Counted from the first letter of the stretch, positions 46,973 to 57,650 are shown. The stretch: 64,000 nt of DNA from Candidatus Uhrbacteria bacterium (GCA_016188495.1 JACPHU010000010.1:349-64348); one strand, 5' to 3'. The notes: generated by a model not told the origin, from the sequence alone. Numbers and translations are program-made.

Positions 46973-48388
46973 TTATCGACGAGGGAGGAGACTCTTAATT
47001 TCCTTTATTGTAATAGCTTTGAGAATCAAGAGTGATCCGCTATAGAGTACGGCTCCCGTGACTAAATCAATCATGACAGGGACATGCATTTGAGAAAGAA
47101 CAGCATACATGATCAGGGAGGCAATAAGGGATTTAAGAAAAACGGTTGGATTTGGCAGAGCTTTGGAAGATCGATATACAACCCCAAAGGTGATCAGAGC
47201 GATCAATCCTTCAGAAACAAGCGTTACCCAGACTCCCCCCCACATTCCATACTCAGGAATAAGCCACAGGTACCCTCCTACAGAAATGATTGCGACAAAG
47301 ATATATCCGAGCGTCATGATCCGTTGTTTGTTCAGTGCAACAACAAGGTGTCCATACAGAGTTCCAAAAAATACACCAATCAAGGCTAAAAGAAGCGCAG
47401 AGAGCACGGGACCTGCAGAAGCAAAATCATTTCCTGCAATAAAAACCGTTAGTTCTGTTGAAACAAGTTGTCCTCCCACGATCACGGGAACCACGACAAG
47501 GACAAAAAGATCAAAGATACGATTAATTCGTATTCTAAAAGCTTCTTTTTCTCCAGAACTCCACAAAGCAACCAAGGATGGAAGCACGATTCCCATGAAC
47601 ATCGTTGGGAGCACGGTCATGACATCAATAATACGATAGGCCATTCCATAGAGTCCTACCTCGCTTTGATCTCGGAAATAGGCAAGAAAGAGAATATCTC
47701 CTTTAAGATACAGAAGATTAAAGATAATAGAGACCGCGATAGGCCAAGAGTGACTTAAGATGAACATCCATTGTGACCATTCAAACAATGGGTGTATTCG
47801 AACAAACGGTTTTGCAAAACGGATCATGATGAATAGCCATAACGCATTTGAAATCACCATGGCAATGAACATTTCAACGACTCCTGGAGAAAGAAGAGCA
47901 AAGAGAATAACAAGAATCAGAAGCACTCCGCGATTGATCAGCTCTGCCAGGGCTGCCCGCCACATACATTCGTGGCGTTGGAAAACACCAACTAACATGG
48001 AAGCTCCTCCCATGAGAAAATAGGCGACTGCTCCCACGAGTACGGCGGTTTTAACGGTTGAGGACCAGGGAAAGAGTAAAACACTCAAAGGGGCTAAAGA
48101 AAACAGAAGCAAACCTGACACCAGTCGCAGTCCAAAGAAGTTTCCCACCACGCGTTCTTCATCGATTCCAGTTTTTGAAATCATAACGATCAGTGTCAGA
48201 GTGAGTCCAAAATCAACTAGCACGCCGAACATTTGCAGATACGTGATCGCTGTCGTGTGCTCTCCAAAGGCATGTGTTCCCAAAGCTCTAGTTATCACCG
48301 CAATAGAGATGAGACCCACCAACACAGAAACAACCTTTCCCAATAATTGGATGCTGAAGTTTGAAGCAATAGATTTGGCCGTAGACAT
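46973..48388 (-). CDS. polysaccharide biosynthesis flippase (Wzx/MOP superfamily)
   Basis: Start at 'MSTAKSIASNFSIQLLGKVVSVLVGLISIAVITRALG', typical Wzx N-terminus; about 12-14 TM helices. Confidence 0.6.
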   Translation of the reverse strand: MSTAKSIASNFSIQLLGKVVSVLVGLISIAVITRALGTHAFGEHTTAITYLQMFGVLVDFGLTLTLIVMISKTGIDEERVVGNFFGLRLVSGLLLFSLAPLSVLLFPWSSTVKTAVLVGAVAYFLMGGASMLVGVFQRHECMWRAALAELINRGVLLILVILFALLSPGVVEMFIAMVISNALWLFIMIRFAKPFVRIHPLFEWSQWMFILSHSWPIAVSIIFNLLYLKGDILFLAYFRDQSEVGLYGMAYRIIDVMTVLPTMFMGIVLPSLVALWSSGEKEAFRIRINRIFDLFVLVVVPVIVGGQLVSTELTVFIAGNDFASAGPVLSALLLALIGVFFGTLYGHLVVALNKQRIMTLGYIFVAIISVGGYLWLIPEYGMWGGVWVTLVSEGLIALITFGVVYRSSKALPNPTVFLKSLIASLIMYAVLSQMHVPVMIDLVTGAVLYSGSLLILKAITIKEIKSLLPRR

Positions 48389-48453
48389 AGTATGGATAGT
48401 GTAGCAGTCTTTGAACAATGTTTTAAAAAATGATATTCTTTTATAAAGATCGT

Positions 48454-50376
48454 ATGCCTTCATTTCTCTTGAGAGAATTACGAAGCTTCTCTTCAAGAGC
48501 CTCGAATCGTTCGTTGGTTTTTTTTGTTTTATTATTCCTGTTTGTCGCAGGATTTTTTTTATTTCCTACAACCGTTGAAGCGGTGGCAAAAAATGGTTTT
48601 GAAGCCTTGCAAGTAAGTCTTCCTAAATCTGGCTTCACGATGAATCCCGGCGAGACGAAGCAGGTATTGATTACCTTTAAGAATATCGGTCAGAAAACAT
48701 GGGCCAACAGTGGAACCGCTTACGTATCCGTTTACACCTACAATCCAAAATACCGTGTCAGTGATTTTAAGGCAGATAATTGGATCGACTATACACAAGC
48801 CTCTGTATTGAAAGAGTCGTCGGTACCTGTGGGTTCTATCGGTTCGATCTATCTCACGCTCCATGCTCCGCAATCTGCGGGAACATATAAGGAAACGTTC
48901 CAATTGGCTGCAGAGGACGCCGCCTGGATTCCTGGAGGAGAGTTTACGTTAACGATCAATGTTCAAAATTCAACCACTCAGGGAGGAACTGGCGAAACGA
49001 CTTCAGAGCAGGTGACGCAGGAAGAACAAAAACAGGTGACAAATGACGGTCAGGCATCCCCACAAACCGATGGACTTTCTGCCACGATTTTGTTGCGTTC
49101 TGCTAAGTCTCTTACCGCTAAAGCAGGAGAGGTTCTCACCTATAAAGTCGGAATTAAAAATACAGGCACTCGTACCTGGACAAAGCGCGAAATTGTCACT
49201 TCCGGGGTAAAAATTGCTTCTTCAGACACGCAGCATTCATCCTGGGTTTCCTCCACAAAATTAGTCGTAAACGAGCAGGGGACCATTAAACCAGGAGGAT
49301 TGGATTTTCTTTCTTTTACCTTTAAAGCCCCTTCCACAAAAGGATCTCAGACGGTTCGTTATCAATTAGCTGTAGACGATGCACTTATTCCAGATTTTTA
49401 TATTGATATTCCAGTGGATGTCACCACAGGGGCTGCAAAAATAAAGGATGAACCCGTGACCGTAAAAGAAGAGGAAGTTCAATCAGATCGTCTTATTGAA
49501 GAGCCTATTGTTCGTATCGGACTACTAACCATCGACGAAGAAACCGATTGGCAGACAGAAGTCTCTTGCAATACAACCTGGCAGATTAAAGACAGTGAAG
49601 GAGGTTTATTAGGAAAAATGCAGGCAGGGGAAATCGTTCGTGCATTTTATAAAAATCAGCGTTATTACTTTAATCGCGGCAAAGGGATAGAACAGACCTA
49701 TAAATATTTGCGATTTGTTCCAGATACCCAAGACGCCGTGTGTACGGTTGAAAATTTTGATCGCCGCAAGACGCGAGGAGCCGCCTATGCGCTCAATAAG
49801 TTTCGAGACACGCTTGAACTTCAATATATTCCTTATAAAAATGAAACATGGCTTATTAACGAGCTTCCTATTGAGGAGTATTTGTATGGGCTGGGTGAAA
49901 CATCCAACGCCTCCCATCAAGAATTTAAAAAGACGCTTATCACTGTTGCCAGAACGTACGGTCTCTATCATTGGGAACGTAACACAAAGCATAAAGGCTA
50001 TTTTCATATGAATGCCTATGCGGATGACCAAGTCTATTTCGGTTATGAATACGAACAGATCCACCCTCTTATTAAACAAGCCGTCGATGACACGAAAGGT
50101 GTGACCGTGAGCTATCAAGGACGCACAGCATTGACTCCTTACTTTTCTCGATCCGATGGCCGTACGCGTTCTTGGAGCGAAGTGTGGGGCGGGGATGTTG
50201 CCTGGCTCATTGGAGTTCCTGCACCGTGTGATAAAGAACGTGGATATACGCTTTGGGGACATGGAGTCGGACTCGGCGCGACAGAAGCTCTGTGTATGGC
50301 AAATAAAGGAAAGACTTGGGAAGAAATTTTGCATTATTTTTACACGGACGTGGATCTGACAAAGCGATGGGAATAA
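48454..50376 (+). CDS. SpoIID/LytB-domain protein with N-terminal Ig-like repeat region
   Basis: C-terminal 'TPYFSRSDGRTRSWSEVWGGDVAWLIGVPAPCD...GHGVGLGATEALCMANKGKTWEEILHYFYTDVDL' matches the SpoIID/LytB domain. Confidence 0.75.
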   Translation: MPSFLLRELRSFSSRASNRSLVFFVLLFLFVAGFFLFPTTVEAVAKNGFEALQVSLPKSGFTMNPGETKQVLITFKNIGQKTWANSGTAYVSVYTYNPKYRVSDFKADNWIDYTQASVLKESSVPVGSIGSIYLTLHAPQSAGTYKETFQLAAEDAAWIPGGEFTLTINVQNSTTQGGTGETTSEQVTQEEQKQVTNDGQASPQTDGLSATILLRSAKSLTAKAGEVLTYKVGIKNTGTRTWTKREIVTSGVKIASSDTQHSSWVSSTKLVVNEQGTIKPGGLDFLSFTFKAPSTKGSQTVRYQLAVDDALIPDFYIDIPVDVTTGAAKIKDEPVTVKEEEVQSDRLIEEPIVRIGLLTIDEETDWQTEVSCNTTWQIKDSEGGLLGKMQAGEIVRAFYKNQRYYFNRGKGIEQTYKYLRFVPDTQDAVCTVENFDRRKTRGAAYALNKFRDTLELQYIPYKNETWLINELPIEEYLYGLGETSNASHQEFKKTLITVARTYGLYHWERNTKHKGYFHMNAYADDQVYFGYEYEQIHPLIKQAVDDTKGVTVSYQGRTALTPYFSRSDGRTRSWSEVWGGDVAWLIGVPAPCDKERGYTLWGHGVGLGATEALCMANKGKTWEEILHYFYTDVDLTKRWE

Positions 50377-51446
50377 AAGAATTTTTTATCTGTTTTTTGA
50401 TGAGTACAGCCGCAGTTTTTCCTGCGGCTGTTTTCGCACAAGAGGTTTCACCACGCGACGCGTTGACATTGATTTATCAAAGTCGTCCGGATTTGCAACG
50501 TGCGTTTGATGCTCAAACAGGTTTGGCGATCGCAGGCACCAACGCAGGGTTTCTATTGGATTTGGAAGATTGGGCAACGCAATACGGATGGATGGAACAT
50601 CCTGAATTGAAGATCTATGCTCCAACACAGGGGGATGGGGTTCCTGTGCGGACGAGCGCAGAAGAGATCGAATCTTCTATCCAAGCGCAGGCATATCTGG
50701 TGATGGATCGCTCCACCGGAAAAATATTGACGGTAAAAAATGAGAATAAAGTGTGGCCTATCGCGAGCCTCACCAAGCTCATGACCGCTTCGGTTGTTTT
50801 GGATCATGATGTTCTGTTAAATAAAACAGCTTCGGTGCTCAACACGGACAATGTGGGGGGTGCGCGATTGTATGTGAATGACGGAGATGAATTTACGGTG
50901 GAAGATCTTTTTTATGCCACGCTTGTAGGTTCAGCCAACAACGCAGCGAACGCTCTTGCTCGAACCACTGGATTATCTCGCGCGGAATTTGTGCAAGAGA
51001 TGAATGCGCGTGCAAAGGTATTGAATCTTGTCCGTACACAGTATGTGGATCCTACAGGAATCGAATTAGGAAACGTTTCAACGGCTCGTGAGATGGCTCG
51101 GGTGGCGCAAATGGCTTTTTCTCAAGACTCTCTTCAGAGATTCACTACAACAGCAACAAAATATATTAGCGATCTTTCTCAAGGGACAACAAAGAAAATG
51201 ACAAATACGAATTGGATGCTTTGGAAACCAGAATATGATGATTTGTATGTGACCGGCGGAAAGACCGGATATCTGATTGAATCGGGATGGAACCTTGTGG
51301 TTTCGCTTCGTCCGATGGAGGGAGATGCAGATAAAGAACTGTTAATCGTTCTGTTTGGTGCAGACTCTCGCGGAGATTCCTTTATCAATGCTGATCGTCT
51401 TGCTACTTGGGCCTGGGAGACCCATGAATGGCAAAAAGTGCAGTAA
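50367..51446 (+). CDS. D-alanyl-D-alanine carboxypeptidase (peptidase S11)
   Basis: SxxK 'ASLTKLMTA', SxN 'SANNAAN', KTG 'GGKTGYL'. Confidence 0.8.
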   Translation: MGIKEFFICFLMSTAAVFPAAVFAQEVSPRDALTLIYQSRPDLQRAFDAQTGLAIAGTNAGFLLDLEDWATQYGWMEHPELKIYAPTQGDGVPVRTSAEEIESSIQAQAYLVMDRSTGKILTVKNENKVWPIASLTKLMTASVVLDHDVLLNKTASVLNTDNVGGARLYVNDGDEFTVEDLFYATLVGSANNAANALARTTGLSRAEFVQEMNARAKVLNLVRTQYVDPTGIELGNVSTAREMARVAQMAFSQDSLQRFTTTATKYISDLSQGTTKKMTNTNWMLWKPEYDDLYVTGGKTGYLIESGWNLVVSLRPMEGDADKELLIVLFGADSRGDSFINADRLATWAWETHEWQKVQ

Positions 51447-51462
51447 CGTTTTGATCTAGAGA

Positions 51463-51502
51463 AAAAAATAAGCGGGAGCTACGGCTCCCGCTTATTTTTT
51501 TC
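51463..51502. terminator. bidirectional intrinsic terminator
   Basis: AAAAAAATAAGCGGGAGCTACGGCTCCCGCTTATTTTTTTC between convergent genes. Confidence 0.7.
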
Positions 51503-52041
51503 TATGTCATTTTTTTCGCTCGTTTTTCTTGTACGAGTCGATTGATGAGTTGTTTTACTTCCTCAGGGTTGTCTATACTTTTAAAGTGAAACCGGCTTTT
51601 TTCTCCTGCGGTTTGTACGAAGACGTTCCCGTAAGTAAAGATCGTCTGGAGGATCCCGCGGATTTCGGCCGTTGTATCTTGGACAGAAGACAGATCTAGT
51701 TCTGAAGCGGTCCGATTGAATAATCCATTTTGCTCGATACTGATAATGCGTTCATTAGTGATAATCCAAGTATCCAGATAGTAATCCGTGAATTCCAGGA
51801 ACGCAAAGAGCCAAATTGAGAGGAAATAAATGCTTCCCAAAATGACCAGAAACGGTCCTATAACGGGATGATCCAGCCATGTTTGAATTGTGTCCCAGAA
51901 ATACCAGGATCCTAAAAGAGGAATTCCTGTCAGGATAGAAAAAGCGGTCACGATCGTAAGGATGGCAAACCATTGCCGGCGCAGAAATGAAACAACATGT
52001 TCATTGGGTCGTTGGTTTGGAAGCTGATGGAGGTTCATCAT
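51502..52041 (-). CDS. membrane-anchored bacterial PH-domain (bPH_2/DUF304) protein
   Basis: Two TM helices then 'WIITNERIISIEQNGLFNRTASELDLSSVQD...NVFVQTAG' bPH_2 pattern. Confidence 0.55.
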   Translation of the reverse strand: MMNLHQLPNQRPNEHVVSFLRRQWFAILTIVTAFSILTGIPLLGSWYFWDTIQTWLDHPVIGPFLVILGSIYFLSIWLFAFLEFTDYYLDTWIITNERIISIEQNGLFNRTASELDLSSVQDTTAEIRGILQTIFTYGNVFVQTAGEKSRFHFKSIDNPEEVKQLINRLVQEKRAKKMT

Positions 52042-52322
52042 AAGGAAGGAAATAAATCTTCATTATAATAATTTACCGTTTTGTCTAAAGAGATTGGGTA
52101 ACTCCAGTCATATTCCATCAGCAGAAAGACGGATCCCGCTACCAGGATAATCGTTCCTCCTGCAAAGATTGTCACGATCAGATACATCCCGAATCCGTAT
52201 ACGCCATATCGAATGAGATGATAGACGTTAAACAGAGCATAGAGCACATAAAAGAGCATATAGGCTCCGTAGACAATCAAAAAAACAGCGATCGGAATAT
52301 TGATGTCTGGAAAATCAAACAT
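52038..52322 (-). CDS. small membrane protein (94 aa)
   Basis: Three hydrophobic helices; overlaps downstream gene start by 4 nt (operon). Confidence 0.5.
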   Translation of the reverse strand: MFDFPDINIPIAVFLIVYGAYMLFYVLYALFNVYHLIRYGVYGFGMYLIVTIFAGGTIILVAGSVFLLMEYDWSYPISLDKTVNYYNEDLFPSL

Positions 52323-52373
52323 AGTAAGTAAATTGTATCACAAAATCTTCAGATAGTTTGGCTCATGAGATTC

Positions 52374-52421
52374 GAATATTCCCTGAGCGAAGCGACCCAT
52401 GGGAGCGGAGTCGAAGGGGTA
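52374..52421 (+). repeat. Family-2 short dispersed repeat, copy f
   Basis: GAATATTCCCTGAGCGAAGCGACCCATGGGAGCGGAGTCGAAGGGGTA. Confidence 0.7.
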
Positions 52422-52423
52422 GT

Positions 52424-53506
52424 TTAAAGCAAAGTTTGTGGTGGGGTATTTAATCCCAAATGTTTGTATCCATGTTCTGTGACAACGCGTCCGCGTGGAG
52501 TACGGGAGAGGAATCCAATTTGAATAAGAAACGGCTCGTGAACTTCTTCAATCGTTTGTATTTCTTCTTGTGTTGAAGCGGCGATTGTTGAGAGTCCCAC
52601 AGGTCCTCCGTTGAATTTTTCAATAATCGTGGAAAGAATCCGTCGATCGGTTTGATCTAATCCGACGTGGTCTACCGCTAGTTTTTCAAGTGCTTCTTTG
52701 CAGATGCGTTGGGAGATATGACCATCTGCCCGGACATCGGCAAAGTCTCGCACGCGTTTGAGAAGTCTGTTGGCAATACGTGGGGTCCGACGTGAACGAC
52801 AAGCCAGGAGATCGATCGCTTCTGGATCAATAGAAACATGGAGCAATCCCGCGCTGCGTTTCACAATTTGACTGATATGACTCTCTTCATAAAAATTTAA
52901 ATGATGAGTAACGCCAAAGCGATCGCGAAGAGGTGATGTAAGAAGAGAAAGTCGAGTTGTGGCTCCAATAATCGTGAACTTTTCTAAATTCAATCGCAAT
53001 GTTCGGGCTGTTGGACCTTTGCCGACGATGATATCCAAGACGTAGTCCTCCATGGCAGGGTAGAGCACTTCCTCGATCGTTTTGTTGATTCGGTGAATTT
53101 CATCGATAAACAGAATATCTCCCCGATTCAAACTGGAGAGAATGGCGGCTAAATCTCCTACGCGTTCTAAGGCCGGACCCGAGGTAATGCGAATTTGAGT
53201 CCCTATTTCGTTGGCGATAATGTGAGCAAGACTCGTTTTTCCAAGCCCAGGATTTCCATAAAGCAAAACATGTTCAATGGGTTCGTTTCTCTTTTGAGCG
53301 GCTTGGATGAAAATAGAGAGATTATCCTTGATTTCATCTTGTCCGATGAAATCTTTTAAAGACTGCGGACGCAATCCAACTTCAAATGGTTGTTCCTCCG
53401 GAGGAGCTTTTCCCTCCACAATTCGTCCTGGCAGGTTTTCTTCCTCACGTTCGATCATAGTGTCTGTATTATGCCTTCCATTGTTTGCTCTCGCAATAAC
53501 AAACAC
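52424..53506 (-). CDS. ruvB: Holliday junction branch-migration helicase RuvB
   Basis: '[22 protein letters not shown]' Walker A, 'ILFIDEIHR' Walker B, sensor and C-terminal winged-helix pattern. Confidence 0.9.
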   Translation of the reverse strand: MFVIARANNGRHNTDTMIEREEENLPGRIVEGKAPPEEQPFEVGLRPQSLKDFIGQDEIKDNLSIFIQAAQKRNEPIEHVLLYGNPGLGKTSLAHIIANEIGTQIRITSGPALERVGDLAAILSSLNRGDILFIDEIHRINKTIEEVLYPAMEDYVLDIIVGKGPTARTLRLNLEKFTIIGATTRLSLLTSPLRDRFGVTHHLNFYEESHISQIVKRSAGLLHVSIDPEAIDLLACRSRRTPRIANRLLKRVRDFADVRADGHISQRICKEALEKLAVDHVGLDQTDRRILSTIIEKFNGGPVGLSTIAASTQEEIQTIEEVHEPFLIQIGFLSRTPRGRVVTEHGYKHLGLNTPPQTLL

Positions 53507-53548
53507 CCCTGTTTGTAAAGGGGTGTGTCATAAATAGGTTATATTCCA

Positions 53549-53992
53549 TTAACTCAATAAAGAGAGATTTTGATGGATAATGACGGGATGCATTCCTAAG
53601 ATTTCTTCTTTATAGGAAAGTTCAGGGATGGGTTTGAGAAGAAAAATCTTTTTTCTGTGATGAAACGCAAGGCCCATTTCTAAAAGAGTGTTTGCGCCGA
53701 TATAATTCAAAATGCCGTTTTTATCGTGGTTCAAGACCAAAATAGCGTCGGCCCACAGGACTTTTTCAAAATGATTACGCATGGCTTGTTCTTTTGCGTC
53801 CCAAATCCAACCTTCTGTTTCGTTTGTCGTTTTTCGTAGAGCATAATATTCCTTTACCGGCATTGCCTTGCCTTGTTCGTCTAGAATTTCCAATGGAGGC
53901 ATCTGTACCTCATGCCCCGTTGATTCCAGTGTGTTTTTGGCTGCAAGCATTTCATCAATAAAGGCAATGCTTCCACAGAGGGTGATTTTCAT
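53549..53992 (-). CDS. nucleoside 2-deoxyribosyltransferase-like (YtoQ-type Rossmann) protein
   Basis: 'MKITLCGSIAF' start and 'ADAILVLNHD...GANTLLEMGLAFHHRKKIFLL' resemble the NDT-like family; tentative. Confidence 0.4.
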   Translation of the reverse strand: MKITLCGSIAFIDEMLAAKNTLESTGHEVQMPPLEILDEQGKAMPVKEYYALRKTTNETEGWIWDAKEQAMRNHFEKVLWADAILVLNHDKNGILNYIGANTLLEMGLAFHHRKKIFLLKPIPELSYKEEILGMHPVIIHQNLSLLS

Positions 53993-53995
53993 ATT

Positions 53996-54252
53996 TTAGG
54001 TTTTTGGTAACAAGAGATCTAATTCGACTTCCAAATCATCAAACTTTTCTTTAAGCAGTTTTTTACAATCTTTAAGAGCTTTTTTATAGATTTCTTCGCC
54101 AATCATTTCTAAGAAAAATTCAAATATTTTTTCAGCAGCAACAAGACCTATTTTTTCACTTCTTTCGTCTTGGAAGAAACCAATGACATGATTGAGACAT
54201 TTTATTTTTTGTTCTTCAGATTCAAAATCGAATTTATTTTTTTGTCGGACAT
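53996..54252 (-). pseudogene. DUF2164-like small protein, frameshifted in an A7 homopolymer (54237-54243)
   Basis: ATG frame gives MSDKKINSILNLKNKK*. The +1 frame gives ...NKFDFESEEQKIKCLNHVIGFFQDERSEKIGLVAAEKIFEFFLEMIGEEIYKKALKDCKKLLKEKFDDLEVELDLLLPKT, matching DUF2164. A8 instead of A7 would restore a single ORF. Confidence 0.5.
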
Positions 54253-54339
54253 AATTTGTATTGATTATTTCTATTCTACCTTTTGGATTCTGTTATCGTA
54301 AATAATAATAAAGATCCCTCTGTGTAAAGGGATCTTTAT

Positions 54340-54425
54340 TGGTGGGCGAGGCGGGAGTCGAACCCGCACGGAGTTTCCCCCCGGGGATTTTAAGTCCCCT
54401 GCGTATACCATTCCGCCACTCGCCC
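54340..54425 (-). tRNA. tRNA-Leu (anticodon TAA), type II with long variable arm
   Basis: Reverse complement GGGCGAGTGGCGGAATGGTATACGCAGGGGACTTAAAATCCCC...GCGGGTTCGACTCCCGCCTCGCCCACCA; anticodon loop CTTAAAA. Confidence 0.8.
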
Positions 54426-54432
54426 TTACCGA

Positions 54433-54555
54433 GAATGTCACAAAATTCGCGATCTTGTGGTGAATGGGGCCCCATCGGCTCGTCGCCGTACATTTAGGTA
54501 CGACTCTGTCGCCGATCACCCCATTCACCACAACCTCATCGAATTGTGTGACATT
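54433..54555 (-). repeat. Family-1 structured palindromic element, copy D (minus orientation), 7 nt upstream of tRNA-Leu 5' end
   Basis: Outer arms GAATGTCACAAAATTCG / CGAATTGTGTGACATTC (1 mismatch); inner core homologous to copy C (TGAATGGGG...CCGATGGGGCCCCAT). Confidence 0.75.
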
Positions 54556-54665
54556 CTCTAATGAGCCAAAGAGTAACAAACTTCTTTCTATTCGCCAAGG
54601 ATTTGGTTTTTTGATTAGTCAAAATGTAAAATGATGCTTATACTGTCTTGTAAAGAAATAGAAAC

Positions 54666-55730
54666 ATGTACGTTATGGGAAAAGAAAATGGTCAAAGAAT
54701 TTTAGAAGTAGTCATCGAAAGGGAAGGGGAAACAAAAGTTCTTTCTGATAAAGAAAAGCCTTTTGAAGATACAAAACAAGAAATTATTCCTACGTCAGAA
54801 TTGTTAGAAATTCAGCGTGAAAAGGATGCGCAGAGATTGGATGAGGTTCGTGAGGACATCCAAAAGAAATATCTCGTAACCTCTGTTGTTGCGACAAAGG
54901 AAACAACAAGTGTCCAATCTTATATTAAGTCACACCTCCCTCAACATCTTAAACGTCCTTCTATTGTCGCTAAATTTTATACGAAGGCAACAAAACTCGT
55001 CCTTAGTTTTTTAGAAAAATTTGGTCGCTTCAAGATAGAGGGCCGAGAACGGATCCCCGCTCAAGGTCCATGTCTGCTTGTGGCGAACCATACGCGTTTT
55101 TTTGATGAGGGAAAACTGGCGGCTATTTCTGGTCGATCAGTAAAAGTGATCGGAGCGGATATGCATTTTGATAATCCACTTAAGAGATTTTTCATGAGGA
55201 AGATCGGAGTTATAGAAGTTCCCGCAACGTTGTCTCGTCTTTCTCAAGAAGAAAAACGTTCTTTGATGGAACGTGTTCCTAAAGAGGCTCGTGCCTATTA
55301 TCAAAAAGTGATCGCTCGTGATGAAAAAGGAACGTTAGAACGTAAAGCTTTGCTTGCTTTTTTGGAAACCACAACAGCTGCTTTGGCACACGGAGATGTC
55401 GTAGTCTTTTTTCCCGAAGGATTATGGACCTATGAGGGACATGTTTTGCGCCAGGCGTATCCAGGAATTGAATTTATTGCAAAGAAGTTTAAACAGGTTA
55501 CAGGGCAGGATCTTCCTATCGTTCCTGTTGGAATTACCGATGATGGGATGAAGGTGGCTGAACCTATGGTGTTGGAAAAAGATCAGACGGTACATGATGT
55601 CATGAAACGAGTGGCTAGCTGCTTGCCAGAAACAGCGAGAGGATATTTATGCAGACAAGAGCGTATCGTCTTGACGGGACATAGAAAGCACAGCAAGAAT
55701 AAGGATCTATTTATTCGAATCAGCACGTGA
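54666..55730 (+). CDS. lysophospholipid (1-acyl-glycerol-3-phosphate) acyltransferase family protein with N-terminal extension
   Basis: HxxxxD acyltransferase motif 'LVANHTRFFDEG', 'FFPEGLWTYEG' motif III-like. Confidence 0.65.
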   Translation: MYVMGKENGQRILEVVIEREGETKVLSDKEKPFEDTKQEIIPTSELLEIQREKDAQRLDEVREDIQKKYLVTSVVATKETTSVQSYIKSHLPQHLKRPSIVAKFYTKATKLVLSFLEKFGRFKIEGRERIPAQGPCLLVANHTRFFDEGKLAAISGRSVKVIGADMHFDNPLKRFFMRKIGVIEVPATLSRLSQEEKRSLMERVPKEARAYYQKVIARDEKGTLERKALLAFLETTTAALAHGDVVVFFPEGLWTYEGHVLRQAYPGIEFIAKKFKQVTGQDLPIVPVGITDDGMKVAEPMVLEKDQTVHDVMKRVASCLPETARGYLCRQERIVLTGHRKHSKNKDLFIRIST

Positions 55731-55822
55731 GACTCTTGAATGGTATCAAAAAGGTGAACAAGTAATCACCAAGATGTTCATCAGCAATATTATTCTCCAC
55801 TCCATAACTCCATCACTTTTTC

Positions 55823-57553
55823 TTACTTCTTTTTCAAAGCCGCCAAGAATTCCTTGAGCGGTTTTGTATTTAGAATGTCCGTCTTAGTGCACCAGCCCTT
55901 GCGCGCTTGGCCGATCCCGTAATCCAGATGTCCAAAATGCGTTGGATCATGAGCGTCGGAGCTAATGATGAGTTTTACGCCATGGCCTATTGCCTGACGG
56001 ATGTACTGCTCATGAAGATCGAGTCTGGCTGAACCGTTAATTTCCAGAGCCACATGATAGTCGCGTGCGGCTTTGATGATCTTGTCCATATCCACTTCAT
56101 ATCCTTCACGTTTGGTGACCACACGTCCTGTTGGGTGAAAGAAGATGTTGACCAAAGGATGTTTCATCGCACGAATAATTCTTTGAGTCATTTCTTTTTT
56201 ATTCATTTTCGTATGGCTATGAACAGAGATCGAAACGACATCCAATGTTTTCAGTATTTCATCAGAAAGATCGAGTGTTCCATCTTTGAGGACATCGCAC
56301 TCAGTTGATTTGAGAATTCGAAATCCTTTCAATTTTTTGTTGAGGTTATCGATTTCTGCAGCTTGTTGCGTGAGTCGTTTTTCGTCTAACCCTCGAGCAA
56401 TTTGAAGGGAATGCGTATGGTCGGTGACAGCCATATAATTCATACCATAAGCTTTCGCGGCCTTGGCCATTTCTTCAATGGAGGCTGTTCCATCTGACCA
56501 ATCGGTTTGGGTTTGCAGATCACCTTGAAGAGATCCGTATTCGATCAAATCAGGAAGTTCTTTTTTGGCCGCTTTGTCTATTTCGTCTGATCCCACTCGC
56601 AATTCTGGAGCAATCCATTCTAGTCCTAGATGTTTATACACCTGTTTTTCTGTGCGACTCGTGATACGTACCGATCCTTTCCAAAGGCCATGTTCGGAGA
56701 GTTTCATGTTTTTACTGATGGCTCTCTCGCGCAATAAAATATTGTGCTCGCGTGAGCCAGTAAAATGGACGAGTGCTGCCCCGTATTCGTCCGGTGGCAA
56801 GATAAGTAGATCGCCTTGCAGACCATTGATGTAGCGCACCATCAGTTTATTTGAACCTTCCTCCAGAATTTCGTGAATCTGCGGGAGTTTTTTAAACGCA
56901 CTAACCAGAGTTTGAGGATTGGCAGAGGTGGCGAGTAAATCAATGTCACCGATGGTTTCTTTGCGACGTCTCAAAGATCCAGCGATATCAACGTGCGTCG
57001 TTCCTTTTACTGTTTTGAGTGTTGTGACAAGTTCTTGTGCAAAGGGGAGAACATCATGAATAAGTCGTCTTCCGCTATCTTGTTTAAGATACGCGATTCC
57101 TCGAACAATCGTATCCTGACTTTTTTTCCCCATGCCTGGGAGATCAGCAATTTTATTTGCTTTGGCTGCACGTTCCAGATCACGAAGCGTTTTAACTCCA
57201 AGTTCTTTGTACAATTTCATGGCGGTTTTAGGACCGATGTTTTGTATGCTCGAGAGGCTCAACATATCAAAAGGATATTTTTTCTTGAGCTCATCGTAGT
57301 ACGCCAGTTTGCCTGTGGTGATCAGTTCTTCCATTTTTTCCGTCATCGATTTTCCCACTCCAGGAATGTTATCCAAACAGGTCGCCCCGCACGTTTGATA
57401 CAGATCGCTCAGTTCCTGCTGGAGATTTGAAAGGCTCTCTGCCGCTACTTCATACGCCTGAGGCTTGAACGCCACGTCCTCAGCCCTCAGATAAAGCGCT
57501 ATTTCTTGGAAGATCTCAATAGTCTCTTTATTGGTGATTTTTTTGGCAGACAT
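55823..57553 (-). CDS. DNA polymerase/3'-5' exonuclease PolX (Pol beta-like plus PHP domain)
   Basis: N-terminal HhH Pol-X region 'KPQAYEVAAESL', nucleotidyltransferase 'GSLRRRKETIGDIDLL', C-terminal PHP 'MNYMAVTDHTHS...'. Confidence 0.85.
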   Translation of the reverse strand: MSAKKITNKETIEIFQEIALYLRAEDVAFKPQAYEVAAESLSNLQQELSDLYQTCGATCLDNIPGVGKSMTEKMEELITTGKLAYYDELKKKYPFDMLSLSSIQNIGPKTAMKLYKELGVKTLRDLERAAKANKIADLPGMGKKSQDTIVRGIAYLKQDSGRRLIHDVLPFAQELVTTLKTVKGTTHVDIAGSLRRRKETIGDIDLLATSANPQTLVSAFKKLPQIHEILEEGSNKLMVRYINGLQGDLLILPPDEYGAALVHFTGSREHNILLRERAISKNMKLSEHGLWKGSVRITSRTEKQVYKHLGLEWIAPELRVGSDEIDKAAKKELPDLIEYGSLQGDLQTQTDWSDGTASIEEMAKAAKAYGMNYMAVTDHTHSLQIARGLDEKRLTQQAAEIDNLNKKLKGFRILKSTECDVLKDGTLDLSDEILKTLDVVSISVHSHTKMNKKEMTQRIIRAMKHPLVNIFFHPTGRVVTKREGYEVDMDKIIKAARDYHVALEINGSARLDLHEQYIRQAIGHGVKLIISSDAHDPTHFGHLDYGIGQARKGWCTKTDILNTKPLKEFLAALKKK

Positions 57554-57650
57554 AGTGTTTGATTAGATCAATTGTGGATAGAATGGTGTATGAAATCAAT
57601 AAGAATAGTTTAGACTAAGAAGAGTCTTTTTCCGAATGTGAAATAAAAAT

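Noticed and set aside
54271-54579. 102-aa minus-strand ORF and 66-aa ORF 54293..54493
   Set aside because: They overlap tRNA-Leu and palindromic element D; spurious.
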